Positions 1 to 9,663 of a stretch of 34,869 bases of DNA are shown one piece after another. Source of the stretch: a bacterium (GTDB taxonomy: Bacteria; Patescibacteriota; Patescibacteriia; Patescibacteriales; UBA12465); assembly GCA_035388665.1 (NCBI GenBank), contig DAOOQF010000002.1:1-34869 (forward strand). Reading direction: 5' to 3'. Position numbers and translations under genes: made by a program. Positions within the stretch are counted from its first letter, which is position 1, and every line of letters begins with the position of its first letter. Below the pieces are notes generated by a model, which saw nothing but the letters and a program-made list of their open reading frames with translations, was not told the origin of the DNA and did no database searches.

Positions 1-597
1 TTTATATTCTAATTGCTTATATTCTTTGGGATGTAAATATTTAAAACAAATATCTTCCATTTGCCATTTAATTCGCCAAATACCTAAAAGTCCGGCTATA
101 GGAGCATATATTTCTAGAGTTTCTTGGGCAATTCTTTGTTGCTTATTTTCCGGTAAAGCATCTAGAGTTCTAAGATTGTGCAATCGGTCACAAAATTTTA
201 TATACATAATGCGGATATCTCCAACCATGGCAATGAACATTTTGCGAAGATTTTCTCGATATCTTTCAATTCCACGATATTTAATTTTTCCTAGTTTGGT
301 TATACCTTCTACTAAATTAGCAACATCCTCGCCAAAATTATTTTTAATATCTTCAATCGTATATTCGGTATCTTCCGGAACATCATGCAATATTCCAGCA
401 ATAATAGTGCTCAGATCGGCCCTAATTTGTATTAAATTAAAAGTAGTGTGAAGGGGGTGTTCAATATATGGCTCGCCACTTTTGCGAGTTTGTCCACGAT
501 GAGCTTTTTCAGCAAATTCATAAGCCCTCATTATTATTTCTGTATCTATTTCGGGGTTTATTTCTTGGGCTTTTTTGATGACTCTTTCTATGGTCAT
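1..597 (-). CDS. rel: RelA/SpoT-family (p)ppGpp synthetase/hydrolase, N-terminal HD hydrolase domain. The gene continues beyond the window start.
   Basis: Not in the ORF track because it is open at the window edge. My reverse-strand translation from the ATG at 597-595 is stop-free to base 1: MTIERVIKKAQE..HRGQTRKSGEPYIEHPL..AGILHDVPEDT..FCDRLHNLRTL..ETLEIYAPIAGLLGIWRIKWQMED. These are the HD-domain motifs of long RSH enzymes. The + strand ORFs 26-451 and 448-648 are antisense shadows of this gene. Confidence 0.85.
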   Translation of the reverse strand, partial: MTIERVIKKAQEINPEIDTEIIMRAYEFAEKAHRGQTRKSGEPYIEHPLHTTFNLIQIRADLSTIIAGILHDVPEDTEYTIEDIKNNFGEDVANLVEGITKLGKIKYRGIERYRENLRKMFIAMVGDIRIMYIKFCDRLHNLRTLDALPENKQQRIAQETLEIYAPIAGLLGIWRIKWQMEDICFKYLHPKEYKQLEYK

Positions 598-677
598 ATA
601 TTTATTTATTTTAGATTGTATGTTATAATAATAATACAAAAATCATAAATTAGCAATTTATAAATAATACAATTTTT

Positions 678-3263
678 ATGTTCAAAAATAAAAAAATATT
701 TTTATTATTTTCTTTTATCCTTCTAGTTGGAATTCTTTTTTTAGTAAAAAGTACTTTGGCTAGTGGCGATGTTCTAGGTATTCAGGAGGTAGAAGATACT
801 ATTGTTTTAAAGTCAGCTGATCCAAGAAATATTATTGTTAGAATAGTAAATATTTTTTTAGGTCTTTTGGGGATCATCGCTGTTAGTCTTATTATTTATG
901 GCGGAATTTTATGGATGACTTCTGAGGGCAACGAAGAGAGAATAACTAAGGCCAAAAGCGTTTTAAAAAATGCTGCTATTGGGTTAGCTATAGTATTGGC
1001 TGCTTGGGGGATTGTTACTTTTATCTTTAGAGCTCTTTTTCCGGATGGAACTGGTAATGGTAATAATATCCCGACTGATCGAGGCTCTTATGTGCAATTA
1101 GGCTTGGGGGCTATCGGAAATTGTTCCATAGAAAGTGTTTATCCGGAGCCTGAACAGAAGGCTGTTTCTCGTAATACTATGATCATGATTAATTTTAAAG
1201 AGGCTATTAGCTCAACTACTTTTAACTCCTCTAATGTATTTATTTGTCAAGAATCTAATTTTGATTTCGCTAGTCGTTCTTGTTCTGCTCCCACTGAATT
1301 TACTTTTGAAACTAATGATAATAAAGGACTTGTAATTACTCCGAGCAGTTATTTGGGAAATGAAAACGGTTTTTCTAATTATATTGTTTACTTATCTTCC
1401 GGTATCTTAAAAGAGGACGAGTCAGCTAGTATTTTTTCAACTTGTTCTGGAGATTATTTTTTATGGGGTTTTGAGGTTAGCAATTTATTAGATTTAACTC
1501 CCCCAAAAATTGAAAGTATTTTTCCTCAACCAGATAATGCCCAGGATCAGGTTTCAGTTAACTCGGCCCTGTCTTTCGCCACCGCTCAATTTGGTGTTAT
1601 TGGTCAGCCAACAACCTATCAGCCAGCTGGAGTTATATCTTCAACTAATGGAGCTGGAACTATTGCCACCACCACCGTAAATATCGGCGCTAATTATAAT
1701 GGTCTTTACACTAATTTTAGTGTGGTAATAGACTCTACCGCCACTAAAGCCCAGCTTCTAAGCGGATCGACTTCTCTAGGAGCTTTTGACATTGCAAACA
1801 GTGAAGTTAATTTTCCTGCTTATTTTATTGTTAAATTTAATTCTGAAATTTCAGCAGGTAATTTTTGGAACATTGAGGTAAAAAAGAGGGTTTTAGCTGA
1901 TACTATTACTGTTGGTAATTATGTTTATACCTTTATAGACGGAGATACTAATGGTTATAATATTAAATCAAGCTCTAATTCTACTGTCGTGGCTCAACAA
2001 ATTGCTATAGCTTTAAATTCTCATCCCAATATAGATGTTTCTAATAATTCAGCTATCGTTTATTTAACTTCTAAAGTTGGTGGAGTTAGTGGCAATAGTA
2101 TTATTATATCATCCTCCAACCCAGAAAAAATTTCTTATACTTCTTTTTCTGGTGGAGCTGATCAGATTGAAAATATTGTTATCAATGGTAAAAAAGATAA
2201 ACCCATGAATAGCGTTGTTCAAATTAATTTTAATGAAGCTATCAATCCCTTAATGGTTTCAGGCGAGAGTTTTGATGTCTTTCAAAAAATAAGAATCTTA
2301 AATAATAATAGTTCTGCCAAAAATGACGGAGAGGTTTGTGCAATTAATGAAGAATGTAAGTCTTTCAAGTGCAATCAGGGTTTGTGTGTAGGTGATTATT
2401 TATCTGGAAAATTCTCAATATCTTCTAATTTTAAAACAGTTGAGTTTAAGTCAGATAATAAATGTGGAGTTAATGGTTGTGGAGAGGACATTTTTTGCCT
2501 ACCACCAATGTCCGATATTAGAATTGAATTAGTAGCAGCTAGTCTGTTTAATTGTCAAGGAGATTCAGCTAATTGTTCCAATAAGGCGCCTTTTTCAACT
2601 TGTTCTGATAATATTTGTGTAAATGGTGAAAATAAAAGATATCCTTTGTCCAATATGACTTTAATGAATGGCATTATGGATGCGGCTGGCAATTCCTTAG
2701 ATGGTAATTCTGATAATTATTCTTATGGCCCAGTTAGTTATTATAATAAAAACCTAGCTCACAATCCTTTATCAGGAGATAGTTTTAGATGGTCTTTTTG
2801 GACTAGTAATAAAATTGAAACAGCCCCTCCGGTGATTGAGTCAATTACTCCTGGAATAAACGCTTCTTCAGTTGATATTTATTCCCCTGTGATCATTAAT
2901 TTTAATAAATTAATGATGGGATCTACTTTAAAATCAGGAAACACCTTGGTGGGGGGAAAATCTCATCGTTTAATTAATTTAATTAGTGGACAATTGGTTG
3001 GTTATTGGATTTCTTCTGAAAATAAAGACGTCTCGCCAGCCGATGGAGAGCCCGATAAAACAACGGCCTACATTAATCATGCTAGGTTCTTTGAGTTGGC
3101 TGATTATACTGCTCAGGCTGGTTCTGGTGTTCGTGATATTTATCAAAATTGTTTTAAACCTAGCGCTGGACCAGGAGAGGGAGTAAACACTTTATGTGCT
3201 CCTACAGCTCTACAGCCATTTTGTTGTAATGGGGTTCCGAAGTCTTCTTGTGACGTGGAATAA
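678..3263 (+). CDS. Large secreted/membrane-anchored protein: TrbC/VirB2-like pilin hairpin at the N-terminus, then an ectodomain of about 740 aa with Ig-like (SbsA/Big_5-type) modules and Cys-rich patches
   Basis: 861-aa ORF. Signal-peptide-like start MFKNKKIFLLFSFILLVGILFLVKSTLASG. Two hydrophobic helices flank IYGGILWMTSEGNEERITKAKSVLKN, the same hairpin as in 32680-33114. Repeated modules are present: ESVYPEPEQKAVSRNTMIMINFKEAI, PPKIESIFPQPDN, SVVQINFNEAINPLM, PPVIESITPGINASSVDIYSPVIINFNKLM. Cys-rich segments are CAINEECKSFKCNQGLCVG, CGVNGCGEDIFC and CQGDSANCSNKAPFSTCSDNICV. Confidence 0.6.
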   Translation: MFKNKKIFLLFSFILLVGILFLVKSTLASGDVLGIQEVEDTIVLKSADPRNIIVRIVNIFLGLLGIIAVSLIIYGGILWMTSEGNEERITKAKSVLKNAAIGLAIVLAAWGIVTFIFRALFPDGTGNGNNIPTDRGSYVQLGLGAIGNCSIESVYPEPEQKAVSRNTMIMINFKEAISSTTFNSSNVFICQESNFDFASRSCSAPTEFTFETNDNKGLVITPSSYLGNENGFSNYIVYLSSGILKEDESASIFSTCSGDYFLWGFEVSNLLDLTPPKIESIFPQPDNAQDQVSVNSALSFATAQFGVIGQPTTYQPAGVISSTNGAGTIATTTVNIGANYNGLYTNFSVVIDSTATKAQLLSGSTSLGAFDIANSEVNFPAYFIVKFNSEISAGNFWNIEVKKRVLADTITVGNYVYTFIDGDTNGYNIKSSSNSTVVAQQIAIALNSHPNIDVSNNSAIVYLTSKVGGVSGNSIIISSSNPEKISYTSFSGGADQIENIVINGKKDKPMNSVVQINFNEAINPLMVSGESFDVFQKIRILNNNSSAKNDGEVCAINEECKSFKCNQGLCVGDYLSGKFSISSNFKTVEFKSDNKCGVNGCGEDIFCLPPMSDIRIELVAASLFNCQGDSANCSNKAPFSTCSDNICVNGENKRYPLSNMTLMNGIMDAAGNSLDGNSDNYSYGPVSYYNKNLAHNPLSGDSFRWSFWTSNKIETAPPVIESITPGINASSVDIYSPVIINFNKLMMGSTLKSGNTLVGGKSHRLINLISGQLVGYWISSENKDVSPADGEPDKTTAYINHARFFELADYTAQAGSGVRDIYQNCFKPSAGPGEGVNTLCAPTALQPFCCNGVPKSSCDVE

Positions 3264-3394
3264 TTTATTTAAAAGTTAAAGAATATTTTATTTCTAGTTA
3301 TTAAGACTATTTTATTATATTATTAAAATTATTTATTATTAAATTAATATAATTATAATTTTTTCTGAAGAAAAAATATGATTATGCAAATTTT

Positions 3395-4441
3395 ATGGTT
3401 AAAGATAAAAAAATTAAGGAAGTAAAAATTGAATCTAAGGATTCTAAGGGCGGTAAATCAGAGGCTGCTATGTTGGCTATGCAACAAATTAAAAGTAAAT
3501 TTGGTGATGGTGCCATTATGAAATTTGGTGATACTAGAAAAGTCAACGTTGATGCTATCCCAACAGGATGTCTTTCTTTGGATATAGCCTTTGGTATCGG
3601 TGGTGTTCCTCGAGGCAGAATTATTGAAGTTTTTGGGCCAGAATCTTCAGGTAAAACTACTTTAGCTCAACACATTGTAGCAGAGGTTCAAAAATTAGGT
3701 GGAATTGCTGCTTTCGTTGATGCTGAGCATGCCCTAGATCCTGATTATGCTGAAAAAATTGGTATTAACGTTAAAGAAATGTTAATTTCTCAACCGGATA
3801 CTGGAGAGCAAGCTTTAGAGATTGTAGAAACTTTGGTCAGGTCAAATGCGGTTGATGTTATTGTGGTTGATAGTGTGGCCGCTTTAGTTCCACAAAAAGA
3901 AATTGAAGGTGATATGGGAGATCAACACATGGGTCTTCAGGCTCGTTTAATGAGTCAAGCTCTTAGAAAATTAACCGGAGTAGTAGCTAAAACAAAGACT
4001 GTAGTTATATTTATTAATCAAATCAGAAATAAGATTGGAGTGTTTTTTGGCAATCCCGAAACAACTAGTGGTGGAAATGCTTTAAAATTTTATTCCTCAG
4101 TTAGAGTAGAAGTTAGAAGAAGTGCTCAAATAAAACAAGGAGAAAAAATTATTGGTAATCGAGTTAAGGCTAAGGTTGTTAAAAATAAAGTAGCCGCTCC
4201 TTTTAAGTCAGCTGAATTTGATATTATGTATAATGAAGGAATTTCTTTGGCTGGGGACTTAATTGATTTGGGAGTTGAATATGATGTTATTAAAAAATCA
4301 GGAAATTCATATTCTTTTGGAAACACAAAATTAGGTGTTGGACGAGAAGCCGCTAAAACTACTTTAAAATCTCAAGAAAAATTAATGAAAGAGATTAGGG
4401 TTAAAATATTAGAAGAATACAATAAATCAGACAAAAAATAA
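3395..4441 (+). CDS. recA: Recombinase RecA
   Basis: 348 aa. Motifs: [16 protein letters not shown], Walker [44 protein letters not shown]. Confidence 0.97.
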   Translation: MVKDKKIKEVKIESKDSKGGKSEAAMLAMQQIKSKFGDGAIMKFGDTRKVNVDAIPTGCLSLDIAFGIGGVPRGRIIEVFGPESSGKTTLAQHIVAEVQKLGGIAAFVDAEHALDPDYAEKIGINVKEMLISQPDTGEQALEIVETLVRSNAVDVIVVDSVAALVPQKEIEGDMGDQHMGLQARLMSQALRKLTGVVAKTKTVVIFINQIRNKIGVFFGNPETTSGGNALKFYSSVRVEVRRSAQIKQGEKIIGNRVKAKVVKNKVAAPFKSAEFDIMYNEGISLAGDLIDLGVEYDVIKKSGNSYSFGNTKLGVGREAAKTTLKSQEKLMKEIRVKILEEYNKSDKK

Positions 4442-4443
4442 GT

Positions 4444-5124
4444 ATGTTATACGTTTTGTCTCTAGGGGGCTCTATTGTATCTCTGCAGGAAGGTTTAAAT
4501 ACTAATTTTTTAAAGAAATTTAAAAAATTAATTGAAGCTAGAATTTCCTTAGGAGATAAGTTTATTATTGTGGTTGGTGGTGGTAATTTGGCTAGGAAAT
4601 ATATTAAAGGGGCTGTTCAAATCAAAAAAGACATAGATGATGTTGAAAAAGACTATTTAGGTATTTATGCTACTTTTTTGAATGCTCGTTTAGTAAAGTC
4701 GGCTTTTGGAGAATTAGCTGAAAAAAATTTATTATTAAATCCCAATATTAAAATAAACTTTAAAAAGCCCGTGGCTTTCTCTGGGGGGTATCTTCCTGGC
4801 AACTCCTCTGATTTTGTAGCTGTCTCTTTAGCCAAAACTTATCAAGCCGATATTATCATTAATCTTTCTAATATCGATTATGTTTATGACAAGGATCCTA
4901 ATAAATTTTCTGAGGCTAAAAAAATAAAAAAGATAAATTGGAAAAATTTTTTAGAAATAATTGGCGATAAATGGTCTCCAGGCATGAGTGCCCCCTTTGA
5001 CCCCGTTGCTTCTAAATTTTGTCAAAAAAACAATAAAAAGGTAATTGTTTTGAATGGTCAAAAAATAAAGAATTTAGAAAATTATTTTTTAAATAATAAA
5101 TTTCAGGGAACTGAGATTTATTAA
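4444..5124 (+). CDS. pyrH: UMP kinase, archaeal-type (amino-acid-kinase fold)
   Basis: 226 aa. Motifs: LSLGGSIVS, VVGGGNLARKYIKG, PGNSSDFVAVSLA, NIDYVYDKDPNKFSEAKKI. These resemble archaeal PyrH (about 225 aa) more than the bacterial KLSGEAL / GGGNIFRG type. Confidence 0.7.
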   Translation: MLYVLSLGGSIVSLQEGLNTNFLKKFKKLIEARISLGDKFIIVVGGGNLARKYIKGAVQIKKDIDDVEKDYLGIYATFLNARLVKSAFGELAEKNLLLNPNIKINFKKPVAFSGGYLPGNSSDFVAVSLAKTYQADIIINLSNIDYVYDKDPNKFSEAKKIKKINWKNFLEIIGDKWSPGMSAPFDPVASKFCQKNNKKVIVLNGQKIKNLENYFLNNKFQGTEIY

Positions 5125-5132
5125 GTTTAAAT

Positions 5133-5501
5133 ATGAAAAATATGGAAGAAAAAAATATAAACAAAATAAATGATAAGATTAAAAAAAGACCAGGGGATTT
5201 TATAAGGGGCTTAATTTCTTTTTTAAAAGAATATTCAGTCCTAGGTTTGGCCATAGGTTTAATCATTGGACAAGCCTCCAAAGATCTGGTAGACTCAATT
5301 GTTAGCGGTTTATTTATGCCTCTAATTAAATTGATAATATCAAATGATAATTTTGATAATTTTAGTTTTGTTATTAAAGGATCTACCTTTGAATTGGGTA
5401 GAATTATTAGCTCTTTTTTGACCTTTTTAATTGTAATGTCATTATTGTATTTTATTGTTAAGAAAATTATAAAGAATGATAAATTGTTACCAAAAAAATA
5501 A
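5133..5501 (+). CDS. mscL: Large-conductance mechanosensitive channel MscL
   Basis: 122 aa. FLKEYSVLGLAIGLIIGQASKDLVDSIVSGLFMPLI, then a second TM helix and a basic tail, which is the typical MscL layout. Confidence 0.85.
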   Translation: MKNMEEKNINKINDKIKKRPGDFIRGLISFLKEYSVLGLAIGLIIGQASKDLVDSIVSGLFMPLIKLIISNDNFDNFSFVIKGSTFELGRIISSFLTFLIVMSLLYFIVKKIIKNDKLLPKK

Positions 5502-5973
5502 AAAAATAATTTTAGGATTGGATCCTGGAATAGCCGATACTGGATTTGGTATTATTTCAGTCGAAAATGACAAAACCAAATGTTTGGGATTCGGATCTAT
5601 AAAAACTTCTCCTCAAGATGATTTTTTAGATAGATTGGAGAAATTAGACGATGAGCTACAAAAAATTATTGACGAATATCAGCCTGAAATTGTTTGTATT
5701 GAGAAATTATTTTTTAATAATAATGCTAAAACAGCTTTGATAGTTGGGCAGGCTCGTGGAGTGGTTATGTTAAGAATTAAAAAAAATAATATTAAGTTAG
5801 TAGAATTAACCCCTTTACAAATTAAGCAAGGAATTAGTTGCTTTGGTGGAGCTGATAAGAATCAAGTAAAAAAAATGGTAAAATTAATTTTGAATCTAAA
5901 GGAGGCTCCTAAATCAGATGATGCAGCCGATGCTTTGGCTGCAGCTATTTGTGCTTCTAGCTTAAGATTTTAA
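5476..5973 (+). CDS. ruvC: Holliday junction resolvase RuvC
   Basis: 165 aa. Motifs: ILGLDPGIADTGFGII, VCIEKLFFNNNAKTAL, SDDAADALAAAIC. The ATG at 5476 overlaps the mscL 3' end by 26 nt, so the exact start is uncertain. Confidence 0.9.
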   Translation: MINCYQKNKKIILGLDPGIADTGFGIISVENDKTKCLGFGSIKTSPQDDFLDRLEKLDDELQKIIDEYQPEIVCIEKLFFNNNAKTALIVGQARGVVMLRIKKNNIKLVELTPLQIKQGISCFGGADKNQVKKMVKLILNLKEAPKSDDAADALAAAICASSLRF

Positions 5974-5981
5974 ATGTTGTT

Positions 5982-7445
5982 ATGAATAAAATGAAAATCT
6001 TTCATATTGTGTCCGAGATTTCTCCCTTTTCTAAAACTGGGGGATTGGGTGACGTTTCCAGAAGCTTGCCGAAGGCTTTATTTCGCCTAGGGCATAAAGT
6101 TTCTGTGATAACCCCTCTTTATGGCAGAATTATTGATAAAAAAAAGCATAATTTAAAATTAATTTTTAAAGATGTTAATGTTATTATTGATTCAGAAAAT
6201 TCAGTAAAAGTTAATTTTTGGCAGGGCCAATTAATCAATGGTTTGCCGGTCTATTTTGTGGAAAATCGAGAACATTTTTCTAAATTTAAGAAAATTTACG
6301 TATCCAATAGGGATAATATCAGATTTTTAATATTTAATGTTTCGGCTTTAAAATTATTAAGCTTATTGAACGAGTCGCCTGACATTATCCATTGTCATGA
6401 TTGGCACGCTGGATTGATTCCTTATTTTATAAAAAATAAATATCGTTATACTAAAAACTTAGTTAATTCCAAAACAATTTTTACTATTCATAATCTGGCT
6501 TTTCAGATGAGTAAATCTTGGTATAGTGTCCCTTTGGAAAAAAAGGATTATGGTCGTAAAAAGCTTCCCTTAATGGATGATCCCGATATTTTGAATATTA
6601 ATTTTGCTAAGAGGGCTATATTATGGGCTGATGTTATTAACACAGTTAGTGAAAAGTATAGGGAAGAAATTATGACTAAAAAATTTGGTCAGGATTTGCA
6701 TCGTATTTTAAAAAATAGAGAAGATTGCTTGTTTGGTATTATTAATGGCATCGATTATAATTCTTATAATCCCAAAAAAGATAAGGCCTTATTTAAAAAA
6801 TATAGCTTTGATGATTTTAATTTAAAGAGTAATAATAAAAAATATTTGCAAAAGAAATTAGGCTTTACCGTTGATGAAGACATTCCTTTCTTTTGTTCTA
6901 CTTCTCGTATAGCTCATCAAAAAGGATTTGATATTATTTTGGCTATTATGCCTTATCTACTTAGACTAGATATCCAAATAATTTTTATGGGAGATGGTGA
7001 TGCTGAATATATAAAAAAAATAAAAAAATTTGAAAAAAAATATCCTAAGAAAATTGCTTGGTGGCCATTTTCTAAAAATCAAGAAAAAGAAACCTTGCTT
7101 TATGCGGCTTCCGATTTTTTTATTCTCCCGTCATATTATGAACCTTGTGGTATTAATCAGATGATTGCCATGCGTTATGGGGCTATTCCAATTGTTCGTG
7201 ATATTGGCGGTCTTTATGATACAGTTTCAAATTTTAGCCCAATTACTAATAAAGGAACTGGTTTTGTTTTTAAACAAGAAGATGAATTTGCTTTCTTTTG
7301 GGCAATTATTAGAGCTTTGGAGAATTATAAATACAGAAAGGTTTGGAATAATTTGGTTAGTAGGGCTATGCATAAATCTAGTAGCTGGGAGATCCCAGCT
7401 CAAAAATATGTAGAGCTATATAAAAAAGCTTTTAAATTAAATTAG
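5982..7445 (+). CDS. glgA: Glycogen/starch synthase (GT5)
   Basis: 487 aa. Motifs: KIFHIVSEISPFSKTGGLGDV, HCHDWHAGLIP, TIHNLAFQ, PSYYEPCGINQMIAMRYGAIPIVRDIGGLYDTV. Confidence 0.92.
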   Translation: MNKMKIFHIVSEISPFSKTGGLGDVSRSLPKALFRLGHKVSVITPLYGRIIDKKKHNLKLIFKDVNVIIDSENSVKVNFWQGQLINGLPVYFVENREHFSKFKKIYVSNRDNIRFLIFNVSALKLLSLLNESPDIIHCHDWHAGLIPYFIKNKYRYTKNLVNSKTIFTIHNLAFQMSKSWYSVPLEKKDYGRKKLPLMDDPDILNINFAKRAILWADVINTVSEKYREEIMTKKFGQDLHRILKNREDCLFGIINGIDYNSYNPKKDKALFKKYSFDDFNLKSNNKKYLQKKLGFTVDEDIPFFCSTSRIAHQKGFDIILAIMPYLLRLDIQIIFMGDGDAEYIKKIKKFEKKYPKKIAWWPFSKNQEKETLLYAASDFFILPSYYEPCGINQMIAMRYGAIPIVRDIGGLYDTVSNFSPITNKGTGFVFKQEDEFAFFWAIIRALENYKYRKVWNNLVSRAMHKSSSWEIPAQKYVELYKKAFKLN

Positions 7446-7453
7446 ACAGAATT

Positions 7454-8608
7454 ATGTTGTGGATCAATTTTTTACATTTATATCAACCAGCTAATTCAGA
7501 TGCTTATAAAATAGAAGAGGCTAGTGATTTGAGTTATCAAAGAGTGGTTGAGGCTCTGTTAAAAAATAAAGATATTAAGTTTACTTTTAATATTTCTGGA
7601 TGTTTGGTTGAAAGATTGGCGGAATTAAAAAAATTTGATTTAATAAAAAAAATAAATATTTTGTTAGAAAGAGGACAGATGGAGCTCGTTGGCTCGGCTG
7701 CTTATCATGCCTTATTACCGTTAATAGACGAAAAAGAAATAATTTGGCAAATAAACGAACAAGAAAAGATAATAAAAAAATATTTTCCAAAAGCTAAATT
7801 GCGAGGTTTCTTTTTGCCGGAGATGGCTTATAGTCCCAAGGTGGCTAGAGTTATAAAAAAGAGTGGCTATGATTGGTTAATTATAGATGAAATTTCTTAT
7901 TCAGGAAATCAAAAATTAGATTTTAATGAAATATATATTGATAAAAATAGTGGATTAAAGATAATTTTTCGTTCTAGAAAGCTATCCAATTCCTATGTGC
8001 CAGAGAAAATTATAGAGTTATTAGACAAAGGGGATGATAGAACTATTATCACTGCTACTGATGGAGAATTATATGGCCTTAGGCACAATGATAATAAAAA
8101 AATATTAGAAAAATCTTTAAAAAGAAAAGGTCTTGAAACTATATTGATTTCTGATTATGTAAAGAAGGGCCGTCAAAATAAAGAAATTTTATTAAGAGAA
8201 AGCAATTGGGAATCGACTGAAAAATATTTAAGAGAGGGAAAACCCTTTCATCTTTGGTATAACAATAGTAATAGAATTCAATTAAAGCTATGGGATTTTG
8301 TTTCTTTAGCTATTAAATTGATTAATAAATACAAAAAAGATCAAAATCATCATTGGGCTCGTTGGCACTTTGTTAGAGGTCTGGCAAGTTGTACTTTTTG
8401 GTGGGCGAGCGCTTATGATTTTAAACATAATTTTGGTCCTCGGGCTTGGAGTCCTGATGAAATTGAGAGAGGTGTGGATGAATTTATTAGAGCAATTCGT
8501 TCCTTAGAGGATTCTACTAGTCGCTCTGAAAAAATTATGGCTGAAAATTTTCTTATTTCAATAAAAAAAATGGTTTGGGTTAAACATTGGACTCACCATA
8601 AAAAATAA
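7454..8608 (+). CDS. Glycoside hydrolase family 57 protein (alpha-glucan-active), short form
   Basis: 384 aa. GH57 signature regions are recognisable: LHLYQP (HQP-like), ERGQMELVGSAAYHALLPL, FFLPEMAYS (nucleophile Glu), TATDGELYG (acid/base Asp), ASCTFWWAS. Confidence 0.75.
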   Translation: MLWINFLHLYQPANSDAYKIEEASDLSYQRVVEALLKNKDIKFTFNISGCLVERLAELKKFDLIKKINILLERGQMELVGSAAYHALLPLIDEKEIIWQINEQEKIIKKYFPKAKLRGFFLPEMAYSPKVARVIKKSGYDWLIIDEISYSGNQKLDFNEIYIDKNSGLKIIFRSRKLSNSYVPEKIIELLDKGDDRTIITATDGELYGLRHNDNKKILEKSLKRKGLETILISDYVKKGRQNKEILLRESNWESTEKYLREGKPFHLWYNNSNRIQLKLWDFVSLAIKLINKYKKDQNHHWARWHFVRGLASCTFWWASAYDFKHNFGPRAWSPDEIERGVDEFIRAIRSLEDSTSRSEKIMAENFLISIKKMVWVKHWTHHKK

Positions 8609-8610
8609 AT

Positions 8611-9651
8611 ATGAATAAAATAAATAAACTTTTGGATGATAAATATGTTTTGAATCTTTTTAAGAAAAAAATATTGCCCCTGTATCCTGATTTTAAAAAA
8701 ATAGAAAAAATAGAAATCATTTATCATAAAAATTATATTTGGCCGACAACCTATCATGTAGTTTTAGAATTTAAAACTTTTTTTTCTTTTCGACCAGAAA
8801 ACTCTAAAAAAAATAAAATCAAAGTTTTATCCTTTTTCTGCACAGCTCACTCTAACGAGCCTAGAAAAAATGTTTATGATACTTTAAATTATTTGTGGAA
8901 TCAGGGCTTTTCTCGAGGTTATTTGTCTATTCCTAAACCTCTCTTTTATTCCAAATATTTTAATGCCTCTTTCTATCGAGGGGTTAATGGTGATAGTTTG
9001 TTAGAATTTATTAAAAAAAATGATAAGAAGGAGATTGAAAAAATAGTTATAAAAACTGCTGAGTGGTTGGTCAAGTTGCACCATGTTCCAATCTCCGAGG
9101 AATTAAATTTTAATAAAAAAAACAATAAAATTAAAACCGTTTTACCTGGTCATCATAGTGTTTTAAAGAACTTTAAAGAAAAATATGATGGTAAATATTT
9201 TTCAGATTTAAAGAAAATTTATGATTATTTGATTGAACTAGAAGGAGATTTTTTTAGTTTGACTCATAAAAGATGGTTAATTCATGGAGATGTTCATTCG
9301 GAGAATGTTATAAAAATGGGTAGAAAAAAAATAGCTATGATAGACTTTGCCGATATTTGTGCTTCTGATTTTGCTAGGGATCTAGGAACTTTTGTCCAAC
9401 AATTAGAATATAAATTAGGTAATTATGGATATAAGAAAAGCTTTATAAAAAAGATCGAAACAATATTTTTAGAAACTTATTGTAAAAAGGCTAGAATAAA
9501 ATATAACGTTAGACTAAAGGAAAGAATAAAATTATATTATTGTTGGACAGCCTTTAGAACTGCTCTTTTTTGGTTTCTTAAGCATAATCCTAAACCAGAT
9601 AGAGCTGAGCCTTTACTTTTAGAAATTAAAAAGAAGCTAAAATTAAATTAA
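8611..9651 (+). CDS. Aminoglycoside-phosphotransferase-fold (APH/choline-kinase-like) small-molecule kinase, substrate unknown
   Basis: 346 aa. Catalytic loop LIHGDVHSENVI (HxDxxxxN) and metal-binding IDFAD. No other family-specific motif recognised. Confidence 0.65.
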   Translation: MNKINKLLDDKYVLNLFKKKILPLYPDFKKIEKIEIIYHKNYIWPTTYHVVLEFKTFFSFRPENSKKNKIKVLSFFCTAHSNEPRKNVYDTLNYLWNQGFSRGYLSIPKPLFYSKYFNASFYRGVNGDSLLEFIKKNDKKEIEKIVIKTAEWLVKLHHVPISEELNFNKKNNKIKTVLPGHHSVLKNFKEKYDGKYFSDLKKIYDYLIELEGDFFSLTHKRWLIHGDVHSENVIKMGRKKIAMIDFADICASDFARDLGTFVQQLEYKLGNYGYKKSFIKKIETIFLETYCKKARIKYNVRLKERIKLYYCWTAFRTALFWFLKHNPKPDRAEPLLLEIKKKLKLN

Positions 9652-9663
9652 TTAAAAATTAAT

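Noticed and set aside
26-648. ORF-track + strand ORFs 26-451 (141 aa) and 448-648 (66 aa)
   Set aside because: Their translations are low-complexity with no motifs. They lie exactly antisense to a stop-free minus-strand frame with unmistakable RelA/SpoT HD-domain motifs, so they are shadow ORFs.
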